Positions 33,768-49,550 of a stretch of 64,000 bases of DNA are shown piece after piece. Origin of the DNA: the human T2T-CHM13v2.0 reference genome, Homo sapiens. Position 1 is the stretch's first letter. The number at the start of each line of letters is the position of its first letter. The notes beneath the pieces are model-generated. The model saw only the letters and a program-made list of their open reading frames with translations. It had not been told where the DNA came from and searched no databases. The stretch is taken from the NCBI RefSeq assembly GCF_009914755.1, contig NC_060936.1; one strand, written 5' to 3'. The translations under genes and the position numbers were made by a program.

Positions 33768-34070
33768 ACCAGGTGTGATGGCTCACGCCTGTAATCCCAA
33801 CATTTTGGGAGGCTGAGACAGGCAGATCACATGAGGTCAGGAGTTTGAGACCAGCCTGGCCATTATGACAAAACCTTGTCTCCACAAAAAATACAAAAAT
33901 TAGTCAGGCATGGTGGCAAACACCTGTAGTCCCAGCTACTCGGGAGGCTGAAGCAGGAGAATCACTTGAACTCAGGAGATGGAGGCTGCAGTGAGCTGAG
34001 TTCACCCATTGCACTCCATCCAGCCTGGGTGACAGAGCAAGACTCCATCTCAAAAAAAAAAAAAAGAAAA
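33768..34070 (+). mobile_element. AluS
   Basis: Full sense Alu. Confidence 0.95.
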
Positions 34071-34400
34071 ATTGCAGGAATAACTGAAAACTCCTGTAAC
34101 CCTTCACTAGAGATTTCATTAATGTCTCCAGAAATGTCCCCAGTAATGTGCTTTATAGCAAAAAACTTGAATCTGGGCTCATAAATCACATTTTCATAAG
34201 CTTCTTCAATCTGGAACAGCTCCTTAGTCTTCCCTTGATTTTTATGGTTTAGTGTTTTTGGCAAGATGAATACAGGGCAAGTTTTTTTTTTTTCTTTCTC
34301 AGTTTAGGTTTGTCCAGCGTTTCTTCATTTCTTCATGATTAGAGATTAGGTCTAGGTTATAGGTTTTTGCCAGGACAGTTCCTGAGGTGATGCTGAATTC

Positions 34401-34732
<332 letters not shown>

Positions 34733-34971
34733 GCCGAATTCTTTTTCTTCCTATAGGCTGCACATGTTGTTTGTGTCCTTATTGGTATAGTTGACTTTTA
34801 TCACTTGTTTAAGATGGAGTCTGCAAAGTTTCTTTACTGTTAAGTTGTCCTTCCCCCTGAAATTGCTTTGTGTGGAGATACTTTGAAACTATGTGATTGA
34901 ATCATTTCCTGTTCCACTTTCAGCTGCTAGTTTTAGCATCCACTGATGGTTTTGCCTGAGTTAATTATCAA

Positions 34972-35324
34972 TATTATGGACATAGTATTTATGTCCCCCC
35001 AAATTCATGTTGAAACCTTAGCCCCCCATTATGATAGTATTAGGAGGTTAGGCCTTTTAGGAGGTGAGATTTGGTCATAAAGGTGGATTCCTCATGAATG
35101 GGATTGGTGCCTTATTAAGAAGAGACATAAGAGCTTGCTCTCCACCATGTGAGGATACAATGAGAAGACAACCATCGTCAGACCAAGAAGAAAGTCCTCA
35201 CTGGACACCAGATCTGCTGGTACCTTGATCTTGGATTTCCCAGCTCCAGAACTATGAGAAATATAAATAGTTTGTTGTTTAAGCCTATGATAATTTGTTA
35301 CGGCAGTCCAACCCTACTAAGACA
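34972..35324 (+). mobile_element. MLT1A-type MaLR LTR
   Basis: tatgga...gtccccccaaattcatgttgaaacc...cctcatgaatgggatt...actaagaca. Confidence 0.85.
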
Positions 35325-35589
35325 AATATAATGGGTTTTAATGGGTGGTTAGCCCATTCTTTCTATATTTATTATGCTGGCATTCTATTGTAAGGAAGAA
35401 CATTCTCCTCACCTCTTTACTCCCTTAAAACAGACAAAATTTTGTTTATATATGTATGGACTAATAGATGCCTATTTTATTCAGTGAGTTGTAATTCATT
35501 GCTGTCACTATTTTGATGCTTAAATTTGGCCAGTGAGAGTCCCTTCAAGTTAGCTTCTGTGGTTGGTTGGTTGGTTGGTTTTGTTTTTC

Positions 35590-36400
35590 AAATATTTGCT
35601 TGTGACAATATATGTAACATAATAAAGTATGCCATTTACACAATTTTTATGTACACAATTCATGAGCATTAATTCTATTGACAGTGTTGAATAGAATTAA
35701 TTTAATTCTGGTGGGTACAGAAACCCACATTTGAATTGTTTTCAACTTTTGGCATTGTGAATAATGCTACAGTGAACATTGGCCTACGAATACCTCTTTT
35801 GAGTCCGTGTTTTCAGTTTTTTGGGTACATATGTAAGAGTGGAATTACTGAATCATATGGTAATCTATGCTTATCTTTTTGAGGAACCATCAAGCCATTT
35901 TCCCTAGTGGCAGCACCATTTTACTTTCCTGTTAGCAATGTATAAAGTTCCCAGTTGCTCCACGTTCTTGCCAATGCTTGTTATATTCCATGTGTTTGTG
36001 TCTGTATGTGTGTAACCATCCTCAAGAGTGTAAAGTCATATCTCATTGTGGTTTTGATTTGCATTTTCCTAATGATGACTAGTGGTGATGAACATCATTT
36101 CTTGTGCTTATTGTTCATTTGTATATCTTTGGAGTAATGTCTGTTTTGAGTTTTTTGATTTTTTTTAACTGGGTTTTTTGTCTTTCTGTTGTTGAATTTT
36201 AGGAGTATGATATTAAACTGTATGTGATACATGATTTGCAATATTTTCTTCCATTCTGTTGATTGTCTTTTTACTTTATTGATAATATTCTTTGATGCAC
36301 ATTTTAAATTTTGATGAAGTCCAATTTATCTAATTTTTTTCTTTTGTTACTCATGCTTTTGGTGTCATATCTAAGAATCCGTTGCCAAACCAAGGTCATC
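35590..36400 (-). mobile_element. L1MB fragment
   Basis: ctcattgtggttttgatttgcattttcctaatga; ttttgatgaagtccaatttatc. Confidence 0.85.
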
Positions 36401-36714
36401 TGTGTTGTTTTGACATGTCCACGTCATTCTTTGGTCACCTCTTTCTGACACAAGATGTTTCAGTCTCTTCTTAGGCTTCTCTGCCTCACTCTAAATTCAG
36501 GTGTTTCTCCAAGGAGCACGGGCCTTCTATAGTGGAGAGTGATTTTTTGAAGCTAAGAATCTGAACACACAGACACACACACAGACTTTTACTTCTGCAT
36601 TTATTTTTATACAGTGTTTATGTGTATTCATGACTATGAGATCATGGCATTACCTTTTCTTTTATTGCATACTTTTATCTCCTTTTTCCATCTGTGGGAA
36701 ATCTGGCTCCCAGT

Positions 36715-37159
36715 TGTTAGGAGAGACAGTCCTCCATGGGTGTCTTGCACTCCTGCACATCTTGCCAAGATATGCAAGACCCTGGTCACTCATTATTCAG
36801 GGTAGTTCTCAGAGATGTGTTTGTAATGAGCAATCTTGAAGGCCAGAGTAATGTCTCCCTGTTTGTCAAACAGCAGGCTTGCTTATTGCTTGGTGTAAAA
36901 ATGGTGGGTTCCTTAAGTTCAGTGTTCCTCAGTTGTGACCCACACCCACTGCATGTGCCACATTTATCTAGGCTTATATCATGTTACCCCTGGACTTGGT
37001 ACCAGAGAGAACTGACACAAACATGCCAATGCTTGTGTTGCTATGCTATGAGTGATAAAGTTTTTTCTCTGACCCAGAAGTCTGCTAGGATCCAGGAAAC
37101 AGTAACAGTCTTAATTTATAACCTTGTAGGTAAGGCAAAGTCAAATTCCAGACCTGACA
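36715..37159 (+). mobile_element. ERVL solo LTR (LTR47-like), 445 bp
   Basis: TG...CA termini. Perfect 5-bp TSD ccagt at 36710-36714 and 37160-37164. Confidence 0.8.
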
Positions 37160-37881
37160 CCAGTATCATCACTGTGTTTGTTCACACCCCTAAATGTGGT
37201 TATTATCCTGACCCCATGAGTCTTTCTTATTGCTCTCTCCAGCACCTTTTTTAAAATTAATTAATTAATTTAAAAAAAATTTTTTTTGTAGTTTGCCACC
37301 ACTGGGTGGGTGTTACAGGGCCACCTTGCATTCACACCATCTTCCACAGGCCTATTACTGGCAGTGGAACTTTATACTCTAGCTATTTTTTTTTTCATTT
37401 TGTTATGTGTTTCATGCTGTGGAACATACTTTATAAATCTAGTATACGTGTATTAGTGGTTTATATTCAAATGTGTTTTACTAATGGAAGCGTGGAATCA
37501 TTGGAAGCAACTAGATTAAATAACAGCTAATGGAAGAAAAGAGAATGTGTCAAGTTTTCTGTCATTTTCCCTGATGCCCACTCCCCACTGCCCTGCCCCG
37601 CTCTGAAAGTGATCACTTTCATATTTGGGCATGCCTGGTGAAGTTATCTACATTTCAAGTGTGTCATCACCTGCTCGTCTTGTTTCTGTATTTACACAAT
37701 GATTATATTGTCTATTTTTTCAAAACATACTTATAGATGAAATTCAGAATATATCAGGATTTATTTCATTTTGTATCAAAGAAACATGCTATACTCTACC
37801 AAGAGTTAGTGACTTAGAATGAGGTTGTTTTCAGGTCATTTTTTCCCCCTGTAGTTATGAGATCTTATAATAAACCTTAGC

Positions 37882-38872
<991 letters not shown>

Positions 38873-40147
38873 TTCTAGTTGGAAGATCTCTTAGTCCATA
38901 TCTTATGCCTGGAATACTTTTGTTTGTTCTACTTTTTCTAGAATGCTTTTAACTGTAAACATGTGATTTTGTGGAAACAGCCTTGAACTTGACCACCAAA
39001 CTTCTAATCTGAACTCAAGCAGGCAGACAGGTGTTTGATTTTTTGATAGGATAGAAGAAGAGGTGATACGGAAAATTCCTCAGCTTAAGTCGCAGTGTCT
39101 GTGGTTTTCCGTTTCCACATTTAAAATAAAAGATATTTGAGGTTGTACTTCACTTATTCTTAAGCTTGCCTTGCTAATTACCTGGCTGCTTTCTCAAAAT
39201 AATTCTTGAAATCGTAATTCTTTTTGGAAGTCCCTATTGACTAGAAAGGAAGTAGCCAATATTTTATATGAATATTTGTGTATATTTGGATGTGGGAAGG
39301 AGAGAAAAATGAGGTTCAGAATAAGAAGTAAATGCTTTCCATCTCCCCATTCTTCCCTTCCCTTGTATCCCTTTCTCCCACTTTGTCGAATTTTACTCAT
39401 AACCGGTGAACATATGTCTGCTGACACTGAGGGTTCTATCACCGCTTACCTGGTTTGACTGATGTGAGGGGCGGGAATTACCTTGGGGATTTGTATTAAC
39501 AGGAGAATCTGAGCTTCAAAAATCTGCTTTTCAAATAAGCATCTAAAGTAATCTGCAATCACAGATGGTTCAAGGACCACATTTTGAGAGACAGTGCCTT
39601 ATGGGGTGTTAGTTCTTCCCTTCCTCCATTCTCCTGATGACTTTGCGTCTTTTATATGCCAGCCAGTATAGCTGGAGTGTTTGCGATATAGCCAAAGACA
39701 CTGTCCTAACTCTCAGGCTGTGTACTCTTTGATAATAAAAAGCATCAGTTTCGTCAGATGTGTTTTTTGGAGGCCTCATAATCCTGGTTGTATTGTTATT
39801 TATATTTCTTCAAAGGCCCTTTTTGATTCATCGTATAGTTCATTGTATTGAATGCATTGTATCATATATGTTGATACCTTCATTTCCAACATAGCTAGAA
39901 ACCTATAGTTTTGAAAGCTTTTGTTGTAAGTTTTCTCTCCATGGTAAATGGACCTTTGTCTTACTTGCAGTTTTTACCTGGTGATTTATGGAACAGTATT
40001 AAAAATATGTCCAGACTTTAATATACTGTTTCTCTATTTAGCATGCTTCAGGGTTATGGATAAAACAACAAAAAAATCCTTAAAATCGAGATGATACTTG
40101 CACAAAGAAAATTATACTAGTTGATACTGAGTGGTTTTTACAGCTAA

Positions 40148-40627
<480 letters not shown>

Positions 40628-41671
40628 TGAGTTGGCATTTTAAACACAGGTTTTAGAACTTTCCTGGAGGCTGAGTGAATATTTTTAAAGATTAAGTGTC
40701 TCCTTAAGCTTTATCATGAATAATATGCAACACTTGGGTTTGGCTAGAAATCACTAGGGATTTAATGGTCCTAAAAAGGGAAATACTACTCTGGCCCATA
40801 AATCAAGGTTAAACTTCTAGGGTCCACACAGAGATAAAATATTAGATAGGACTGCAAATATGACTGTCAGAACGCCTTTCTTATCTTCATGAACAAGTTT
40901 TTTTTCTCTCTCTCTACACAGCCATACATTCATGTCTGTAAATACCTGGCTTTTTTAGGCTCAGTTTCACAAAATGTTGCAGAATGCTTTTAATTCTTTC
41001 TCATTCTTCTCATCACAATTAACTGTTGAACATAGTTTGCACTAGTTTTCAAATGTCAACCATGAGAGTTTCTATCTCAGGGAAAAAAGGAGAGATTATA
41101 AAAGAATTCCACTAATCCGTAAATGAGAAAGGGTATCTTGATGTTTATTACTGTTTAATTTTCCTTCCAACACTAACAGAGGTACATATACAGCTACTAT
41201 GAATAATGGTGAGTACTCTGTGAATACTCTTAGGTACTAGTGCACATGATGTTAGTTTTACAAAACAGTTGAGTCCTATTTCTGTTAAATTTTTATCCCC
41301 TAGTATAAAAACACAATTTATGATAAATCAGGTAAAAATGAAAAATCAAAGTCTTAGTTTCTTTTTTTTTTTAATTAAGACACCATGGAAAGGTCAAACT
41401 AAGCAACCTTATGTCTTACCTTATATCTAAACAAAACCCTTTCCTAGATGTAATTCTTTGGCACAGTAACTGATTAGAGGAGATCATTTGCCTATTTAAT
41501 AGAGAAAACTTATTTTAACTTTGTTATCTTAAATATTAATATTTAGTGAGGTGATATTTTTCGTCTATCTTCCATTGAATTATCTTCGTATCGTTTGTCT
41601 GTTTTTTATTAGTGTGTTCATCTTATTCTTAGTGGTTTTGCTAGCATTCATTAAAAGATTAAAAGTAAATC

Positions 41672-41976
41672 ATTATTATTATTAAGTTTTTGAAACAGAG
41701 TCTCGCTCTGTTCCTCCAGGCTGGAGTACAGTGGCGTGATCTTGGCTCACTGTAACCTCCGCCTCCTGGATTCAAGCCATTCTCCTGCCTCAGCCTCCCG
41801 AGCAGCTGGGACTACAGGTGTGCACCACCATGCCCGGCTAATTTTTGTATTTTTAATAGACACAGTGTTTCACCATGTTGGCCAGGCTGGTGTCGAACTC
41901 CTTGAACTCAAGTGATCCATCCCGCCTTGGCCTCCCGAAGTGGTAGGATTACATGTGTGAGCTACTGTGCCCAGCC
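41672..41976 (-). mobile_element. AluS
   Basis: Full antisense Alu. Confidence 0.95.
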
Positions 41977-42924
41977 AAAAATAAATTATTAAATATTAAT
42001 ATTTAAGACTGGCATTGATGTTGAAATTTTCTCTTTTAATTGGAAATGTACTTTAAATCTAATTCTAATTTTCACCTTAGAGGCCTTTCTGTATATAGTT
42101 TATACTTGGTATTTTGATACAAAATGGCTCTTCCTGCATACTTACAAATTTTTTTTTCTTACAGTTGTTTTGGGTGGGTGGGGGATCTTTTTATTCTGTC
42201 TTTTCCATCCAAACATTTAGCTTTTCAATTCACCTGAATTTATCATGATATGCGTTATAATAAGAATTGATTGCTGTCCTCCCCAAATTGTCTCAGTTAT
42301 ATAAAATATTTTAAAGCTTGAGAGTCCATGTATTCATGTAAGGTTAAAAATGAGATAACTGATGATGAAAAGACTAAAACCTGAAATTGTAATATAGATA
42401 CCATTCATGTCAGAATTGCTATGTCTGGAGAGGTTAGGAAAATGAAGCTCAGAGAGGTTAATTATAATAAGGTCAAAAGGCCATATATAAGTAGATGAAT
42501 TAATTGTTGAATCTGTATCTGCCATTAAGGAGTAATCTGAGATGTGGAACTCTAAGTAAATGTGTTTCTCAAAGTTATTTACTCACAGAACCCCCTTTTA
42601 TGTTTTGTAGTAGAATGGGAAATACTAATATTTTGTGGATTAGTGTTCTATGCAACATATTTTAAGAAAGGCTTTTTGTCAGATCTCTGGTAGAGAACAA
42701 AATATGAACCAGCCAAAACATTTCTATCATTATTTAATTTTTCTTTCCAAAATACAATTAAACTTTTAAAGCACAAAAATTTTAAGATATTGGTAAAAGA
42801 TGGGGTGAAAAAGTCCGTACCTTTCTTGATATTCTGTGGGAAATATGAAGCGGTAGGTAGCCTCTTTCTTCTTTAATAAATTGTGCTTGAAAACTTTCAG
42901 GACGTGCGTAATTATTTAGATTGG

Positions 42925-43140
42925 AGGTTGACAAATTACAACCCATAGGCCAAATCTGGTCAGCTGTCTGTTTTTGTAAATAAAATTATATTGGAACACA
43001 GCCACGCCTATTTTTTATATGTTATCCGTGGCTGCTGTTGTGTGTCAGAGGAATGTTGAGAAGATGTGATGGAGACCATATAGCCACAGTGCCTAAAATA
43101 TTATTTGGCTTTTGAAAGAGCAAACATTTTCTGACCCCTA
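42925..43140. mobile_element. MER58A-like
   Basis: ggttgacaaattacaacccataggccaaatctgg...ttggaacacagccacgcc. Confidence 0.8.
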
Positions 43141-43444
43141 GTTTAGTGAGCTGCATTTTTGCCTACTTTACTTCATATGTTTTATCTGCATAAAGATTCT
43201 TTTACTGAAGTTCTCGGCATTTCATCCTCTGTAAAGTAAGTTCCCTGGGAAGTCAAGCTGAAGTCTTTTTCTAGAAGCTTTATTATGGCTTGGTTTTAAA
43301 CTCTTAGAGACATGCAAGATTCCATAGTTTTGCTTTCCTGAATGACATACAACTATCAGGCACTTGTATTGGCATGCCTGGCTCTTTCTTGCTGCAAACC
43401 TTTTACTGGTTTAATGGAAGTAATACCAGGGTATAGGGTAAATA

Positions 43445-43650
43445 GACATAGCTAACATCTTTTGAGTGCTATATGCCAGGTTCTGTTCTAAATTTTTAAC
43501 ATATATTATTTTGTTTATTCCTCACATCAACTCTGTGAAGTAGGTATTATTATTATCCCCACTTTATAGTTGAGGGAACTAAAGCGTAGGGAGATTAAAT
43601 AACTTGGTCAAGGTCATCCAGTTGTTAAGGAATGCAATGAGATTTGAAAC
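43445..43650 (-). mobile_element. MIR
   Basis: gtaggtattattattatccccactttatagttgagggaact...aacttggtcaaggtca. Confidence 0.85.
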
Positions 43651-44084
43651 TTTCCCCCCAACTTACTTGCCTCCTAATTCCTTGATTCTTGAGATGAGTT
43701 CGGGCATATTTCTTCCTCCTCATTACTTTCTCCAAGCCTCTGTTTCCACGTCAACTTTGAACGTCCTCATTTACACCACCCTGTCTTATTGTATTCTCTG
43801 ATGAATTTCCAGGAGACCATTCCTTCTTCCTTGATGATTACAATTTCTGACTCACAATCTTCTCTATCCAATCTGCCTCTGTATCCTGATTTAATGCCAT
43901 GTTTAACTCTAGTTGTTTCTTGTATTTTTCAACTTTATATATCCACAGGCATGGCCAGGCCTTACTTTCATCACTGGGAATTGTTTTGCCGTTATCATGA
44001 ACTCTGAATTTCTGCTTTCTGACTTCTGAACGGTTCACTTACATACAGCCCTTACATGCTAGTGAGCTTCTTTAATTCAGTCCT

Positions 44085-44268
44085 TTTTAACATTTCGTGT
44101 GCATAGGAATCACCTGGAAAGCCTTATGCAGAATCCTGAGTCACACCCTTAGAGATTCTGATTCAGCTGGTGAGGGTTGATGCCCATGAATTTGCATTTC
44201 TATCACCTTTCCTGCAAATGCTGAGGCAGGTAGGTCTATGGACGTACATTTTGAGAAGGATTGCTCTA
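44085..44268. mobile_element. MER5A-like
   Basis: gaatcacctgga...agagattctgattcag...tttgcatttcta...catttttgagaa. Confidence 0.75.
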
Positions 44269-44771
44269 ATTAATACTTTGCCCCAGAGGATCAGTAAAAC
44301 TTTCTAATTTGCATAAAGCCTCCATTCACATTCTTTCTTTACTTTTTTGATGACTTCTGTAATTACTGAGACAAAGGCCTTTTGATGAGAACTCTGTTGT
44401 ATTTTATTTTCTTGAAATAAGAGTTTTTCTATTTATTCTTTTCATATTCTTCTCTTCTACTTAGTCCCTTTGTCTCACTTTCTCCAGTTGACTTTTGGCT
44501 CCTTCTTTACCATTAACATTTTTGTGTCTTGCGTTATCAGTTTCCCCTTTTATAGTGAATTGGCTTTTTTCTATCAGCCTTCAGTAGTGGTCAAATAAGC
44601 CCCTTTCCTCAAAATACCATTCCTTCCCATCTTCCCTCCTTCAGCCTGTTTTGGAAGAAAAGTTACAGCTTTTAACTTCTTCACTAGCTATATCTTAATT
44701 TCTTGCAATCTGCTTTGGTTTCCAGAATTTTACTGGACTCTTGGACTGACAGATCAAATGACTTCTAGGTG

Positions 44772-45353
44772 TTTTTTGTTTTGTTTTGAGACAGGGTCTC
44801 ACTCTGTTGCCTAGGCTGGAGTGCAATCTCTGCCTCCTGGATTCAAGCAATTCTCCTGACTTAGCCTCCCGAATAGCTGGGACTACAGACACACACCACC
44901 ACACCCAGCTAATTTTTGTATTTTTAATAGAGATGGGGTTTCACCATGTTGGCCAGGCCTGTCTGGAACTCCTGCCCTCAAGTGATCCGCCCTGCCTCGG
45001 CCTCCCAAAGTGCTGGGATTACAGGCGTGAGCCACCTCGCCCAGCCTGGTGTTTTTTTTTTTTTTTTTTTTTTTGAGACAGAGTCTTGCTCTGTCACATA
45101 CACTGGAGTGCAGTGGCACGATCATGGCTCACGGCAGCCTCTCCTGTGGGGCTCAAGTGATCCTCCCGCCTCAGCCCCCTGAATAGCTGGGAGTACCAGT
45201 GGGTGCCACCTCGCTCAGCTATTTTTTAATTTTTTGTAGAGACAGGCTTCTCTATGTTGCCCATGCTGGTCTTACACTCCTGGGCTCAAGCAGTCTTCCC
45301 ACCTCTGCCTCCCAAAATTCTGGGATTGTAAGCATGAGCCACTGCACCCGGCC
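44772..45353 (-). mobile_element. Two tandem antisense Alus (S with an internal deletion; J)
   Basis: 44772-45047 and 45052-45353. Confidence 0.93.
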
Positions 45354-45560
45354 AACTCCTAGGTCTTAAATGCATAGTCTCCTCGAGACTTGCAGTGTTT
45401 GATACTATCATTTCTCTTTTTAAAAGTTTTCTACCTTTGCTTTTTACTCACTGCTTTTTTAAGGTCTTACTGTTCTAACTACTTCAGTTCTTGTTCACAT
45501 AGTACTTTAATCTGTTACTGCTTTTTCTAAAGTTTGTGATGCTTTTCCCACCATCTAAAT

Positions 45561-45860
45561 CTATGCTGTCCAATATGGGAGCTACTAACCGCATGTACCT
45601 TTTGAGCACTTGAAATATCGTCAGGTTAGACTGAAATATTCTGTAAGCATAAAATGCACACTGGATTTTTAATATTTAGGTTGAAAAAGAGAATGTAAAA
45701 TAGCTTACCAAATTTTTTTAATGCCAATTACATGTTGGTAATACTTTGGATATATTGGGTTAAGTAAAATAAAATGCTAAAATTAATTTGACCTGTTTCT
45801 CTTTACTTTAGATATGACTACTTCTTCTGTGGCTTGGCTATATTTCTGTTAGATAATATT
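45561..45860 (-). mobile_element. MER33-like DNA transposon
   Basis: gctgtccaatatgg...gagcacttgaaat...ttggatatattgggttaa. Confidence 0.75.
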
Positions 45861-46304
45861 AATCTAAATCTCATCTTTCCTTAAGACCTGGATCAGTTTT
45901 CCATCTATTTACAAAGTTACCTTTGTAGCTTTGTACCAGCCTTCTTAAACATTTGGTCCTCACCCCCTCTCACCCTACTCCCCCTTCCCAATATACTTAG
46001 CTTCTTCAAAGCAAGAGTAATTCCCTATAGTGCTGTTCATATGGTGGACACTATATACATTATATAATACACACACACATATCTGAAAAAATGGCTAATA
46101 TTACCACTTTATCAAAAAGGATACTTATGAAAATTGAGGCCTGTTGTGATGTTTTTGCTTAAATTGGTGGGGAGCAGAAGAAGGATTGATGTGAAGGGGA
46201 GAAGAGACATTATTCTACTCTGAGCTATTGACATTTGACACTTGACATCCCCCAAGTGTATCCTGCCACCTTAGGCCACTGATAGCTCTGTACTGCTGTG
46301 ATTT

Positions 46305-46340
46305 TACTGCCATCTGGTGTCAGATTAGGAAACTGTAGTT
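46305..46340 (-). promoter_or_regulatory. Candidate CTCF site with an upstream (ZF9-11) module
   Basis: Minus strand reads CTACAGTTTC-CTAATC-TGACACCAGATGGCAGTA. The core fits CCASYAGRKGGC except at its first base; the upstream part resembles TGCAGTNCC. Confidence 0.5.
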
Positions 46341-46439
46341 CAGCATTTTGTCTCTTCAATAGAGGAAGGTAGGCAATCTTTCCTCTCTATCCTGTAAGCA
46401 AGTTACCAATAAGAGCTCATATAATTTCAATGTAGGAAA

Positions 46440-47150
46440 CCTTTATTTTCCTTGTTGGAATACTCTTTCCTTGGCTTCCATGATAAATGCATTCTCCTTT
46501 CTAATGTTTCTCTGTTCTCCCATTCTTCGACAGCCCATTTCTCTCTTCATGGTAGAGTTTTTTTAGCCCCACGTTCTAGGCCTGCTGTTCTTTTTTTCCT
46601 TTGCTTTCCTCTATACCAGGCTTTAAGTACTGCCTATTTACAGACAAATTTATATTGATAGCCAAAAATGTCCTCTGAGTTTGAGACTAGTATCTTTAGT
46701 TGCTTACCTAGATATTACACAAACATCTTAAATATAACATGCTCCCATCAAAATGTGGACCTCTCACCTGCATCCTCATTTCTTAAATTTATTTTTCTCA
46801 TTTCATTAATCTATCATGCCAGAATTATGGGAATCAGCTTGGCATCCCGTCTTTCACACTTTATTAGTAAAACGTTAACTACATCCCATTAAGTCTAGAG
46901 GGTATATTCTTGTATATGTAAAATTTGTGACCCCTCACCTGCTCCTGTCCCATCTAAGATACCACTGTCTCTTGCCTGGACTAAGTTAGGTTCCTCGTTA
47001 GTCTCTCTACATCCATTCTTGACTGCATTCACATGTTTTATGTATATTTGTCTAATGTCAGCCTCTCCTATTAAACCGAGAGTTCTGTGATGGCAGGGAC
47101 TGTGTACATTTGGCTCACCATTGGGTCCCAGCACCTCACACAATTTCTAA
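46440..47150 (+). mobile_element. L2 fragment
   Basis: ctctttccttggcttccatga...; ctgtgatggcagggactgtgtac...cccagcacct. Confidence 0.7.
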
Positions 47151-47831
47151 AACCTGTTTATTTAATACCCATATCACCACTCTGGCTAACCAGTGCTGTT
47201 GGTATGACCCTTGTAGTTTTAGTGACTAAACTAGTGCTAGAATTCCTTAATGCTCTTATTTCATTATTAGTGTTCTATACCAGTTCATTTACCATAAATG
47301 AATTTAAGCTATTTTCTGCTTTTTCCCAGGGAAACTTACTTGTGTCTGAAGGGACAATATATTTGGGGTATTAATCAGCTAGTGTTCAAATGAACTTTAG
47401 GACAACAGCCTGTTTATATCCTATGGACTGCCAATCAAGATGCTGAAATGATTTTCCAAGCACTTGAAATTGTATGCTATTGGTATGTCTCTTAGCACTC
47501 TTCTGTCTGAAATTTAGTATTCTTTAATGTTGCAGTACATTTGTTAAATCATGGATTAAAACCTGTTTGACTCTTAAGTGTTCTTTTATTAGAGGCTTAG
47601 TTGATGATGGTTTCATTTAGTAATTTTGATTTGGTTTGACATTTTAAAATGGTTTTGCTTTATAAGGTTTTACTACTAGGGCTTACTTGGTGCTTTGAGT
47701 TGATGGTATTTCTCAATAAAGAAATTTAATTTATAAAAGTAGAGGTGATTTATAAAAAGTAGTTATTTAGAGATGGGCAACAATCTATGTACTGAGGATG
47801 CACACTCAGCAAGAATTTAATAGGTATATAG

Positions 47832-48055
47832 CAGGGTTTCTCAGTGTTGGCATTATTTACATTTTGGACTGAAGAGTTTTTTGGTGTGTAGTGTTGGGGG
47901 GCATGTCCTGGGCACTGTAGGAAATTAGCAGCATTCCTGGTCCCTACCCATCAATGGTACTCTCCTCCCCAGTTATGATAATCAAAAATACCTCTAGACA
48001 ATGCCACATTGTCCTGGGGGTGGGTGGGCAAATTGCATATACCTTGAAAACCAGT
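47832..48055. mobile_element. MER20
   Basis: cagggtttctcagtgttggcattatttacattttgg...cactgtagg...tagcagcattcctgg. Confidence 0.85.
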
Positions 48056-48376
48056 AGTTTCTATACTTAGAAGGGGATAATTGGCCATGAAATGTCTTAC
48101 TTGGGAAATCTTTGGCATTTCTAAGTGTTTTTGAGAATGTGGTAGCTGTGTGGTGTATTGTTAATGGCAAAGAGAAATGGAAACTATATGACAGTATGTT
48201 TTTTACATTTTAGAATTTGTGCTTGCCTAAAATAAAATAACTTTTGCATTAGCCACCTGGTTCTGTTCCAAACTGAAAAAGGGTACATTCTAAATCATAT
48301 TTCACTGATACTGTTTCATTTTGTTAGCTGACTTCAACAGTTAGGTAGTGATAGAAAAAGAGAACCAAGAGTACAA

Positions 48377-48692
<316 letters not shown>

Positions 48693-48801
48693 CCAAGAGT
48701 ACAATTTAAAGGGTAGCTTATAAGCAGAGCTTTTGCCATTGTGCTTGTATATAGAGGATAGAGTATAATTAACTTATTTTATGTTTTTTTTTTTTTCAAA
48801 G

Positions 48802-49013
48802 GGACATGAGAGATGGCTTTAGAAGAAAAAGTTTCTACTCTTCCCATTATGCGAGAGAGCGGTCTCCTTATAAAAGGGACAATACTTTTTTCAGAGAATC
48901 ACCTGTTGGCCGAAAGGATTCTCCACACAGCAGATCTGGTTCCAGTGTCAGTAGCAGAAGCTACTCTCCAGAAAGGAGCAAATCATACTCTTTCCATCAG
49001 TCTCAACATAGAA
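48802..49013 (+). CDS. PPHLN1: Periphilin-1 exon 5 (212 nt), R/S-rich: (R)DMRDGFRRKSFYSSHYARERSP...SFHQSQHR
   Basis: Poly-T acceptor ending caaag|, donor GAA|GTATGT. Matches ORF-track entry 48806-49090 up to the donor. Confidence 0.97.
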
Positions 49014-49254
49014 GTATGTATTTTAAGACTTTATTTTTTTCTCTCACAGTCTCCTCTGATGAGAATGTACTGAGTCAGATTTCCTTCTAGGTGTAAGAGA
49101 TTTATTTTTTAAACTTTTTATTTTGAAAAATTTCAAACTTACAGAAAAGATGGTAGAATAGTATAACAAACACCATACACACACATTTTTTTCAAACTAT
49201 TTGAAGTGGCATTCTGCATGACACTTACCTTTAATTTCTTCAGCATGTAAAAGG

Positions 49255-49550
49255 TTTTTTTTTTTTTTTTTTTTCAGAGTCTCGCTCTGTCTCCCAGGCT
49301 GGAGTGTAGTGGCACGATCTTGTTTCACTGCAGTCTCCGCCTCCCGGATTCAAGTGATTCTCCTGCCCCAGCATCCTGAGTAGCTGGGAATACAGGTGTG
49401 CACCACCATGCCCGGCTAATTTTTGTGTTTTTAGTAGAGACGGGGTTTCACCATGTTGGTCAGGCTGGTCTCAAACTCCTGATCTCATGATCCGCCCACC
49501 TCTGCCTCCCAAAGTGGTGGGATTACAGGTGTGAGCCACTGCTCCTGGCC
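49255..49550 (-). mobile_element. AluS
   Basis: Full antisense Alu. Confidence 0.95.

Noticed and set aside
36736-37254. 172-aa ORF
   Set aside because: Lies almost entirely within a solo ERVL LTR; no coding motifs.
37245-37352. AT-rich palindrome and poly-T next to a short GC-richer segment, as a small-RNA retrocopy
   Set aside because: No TSD and no RNA family that I can recognise.
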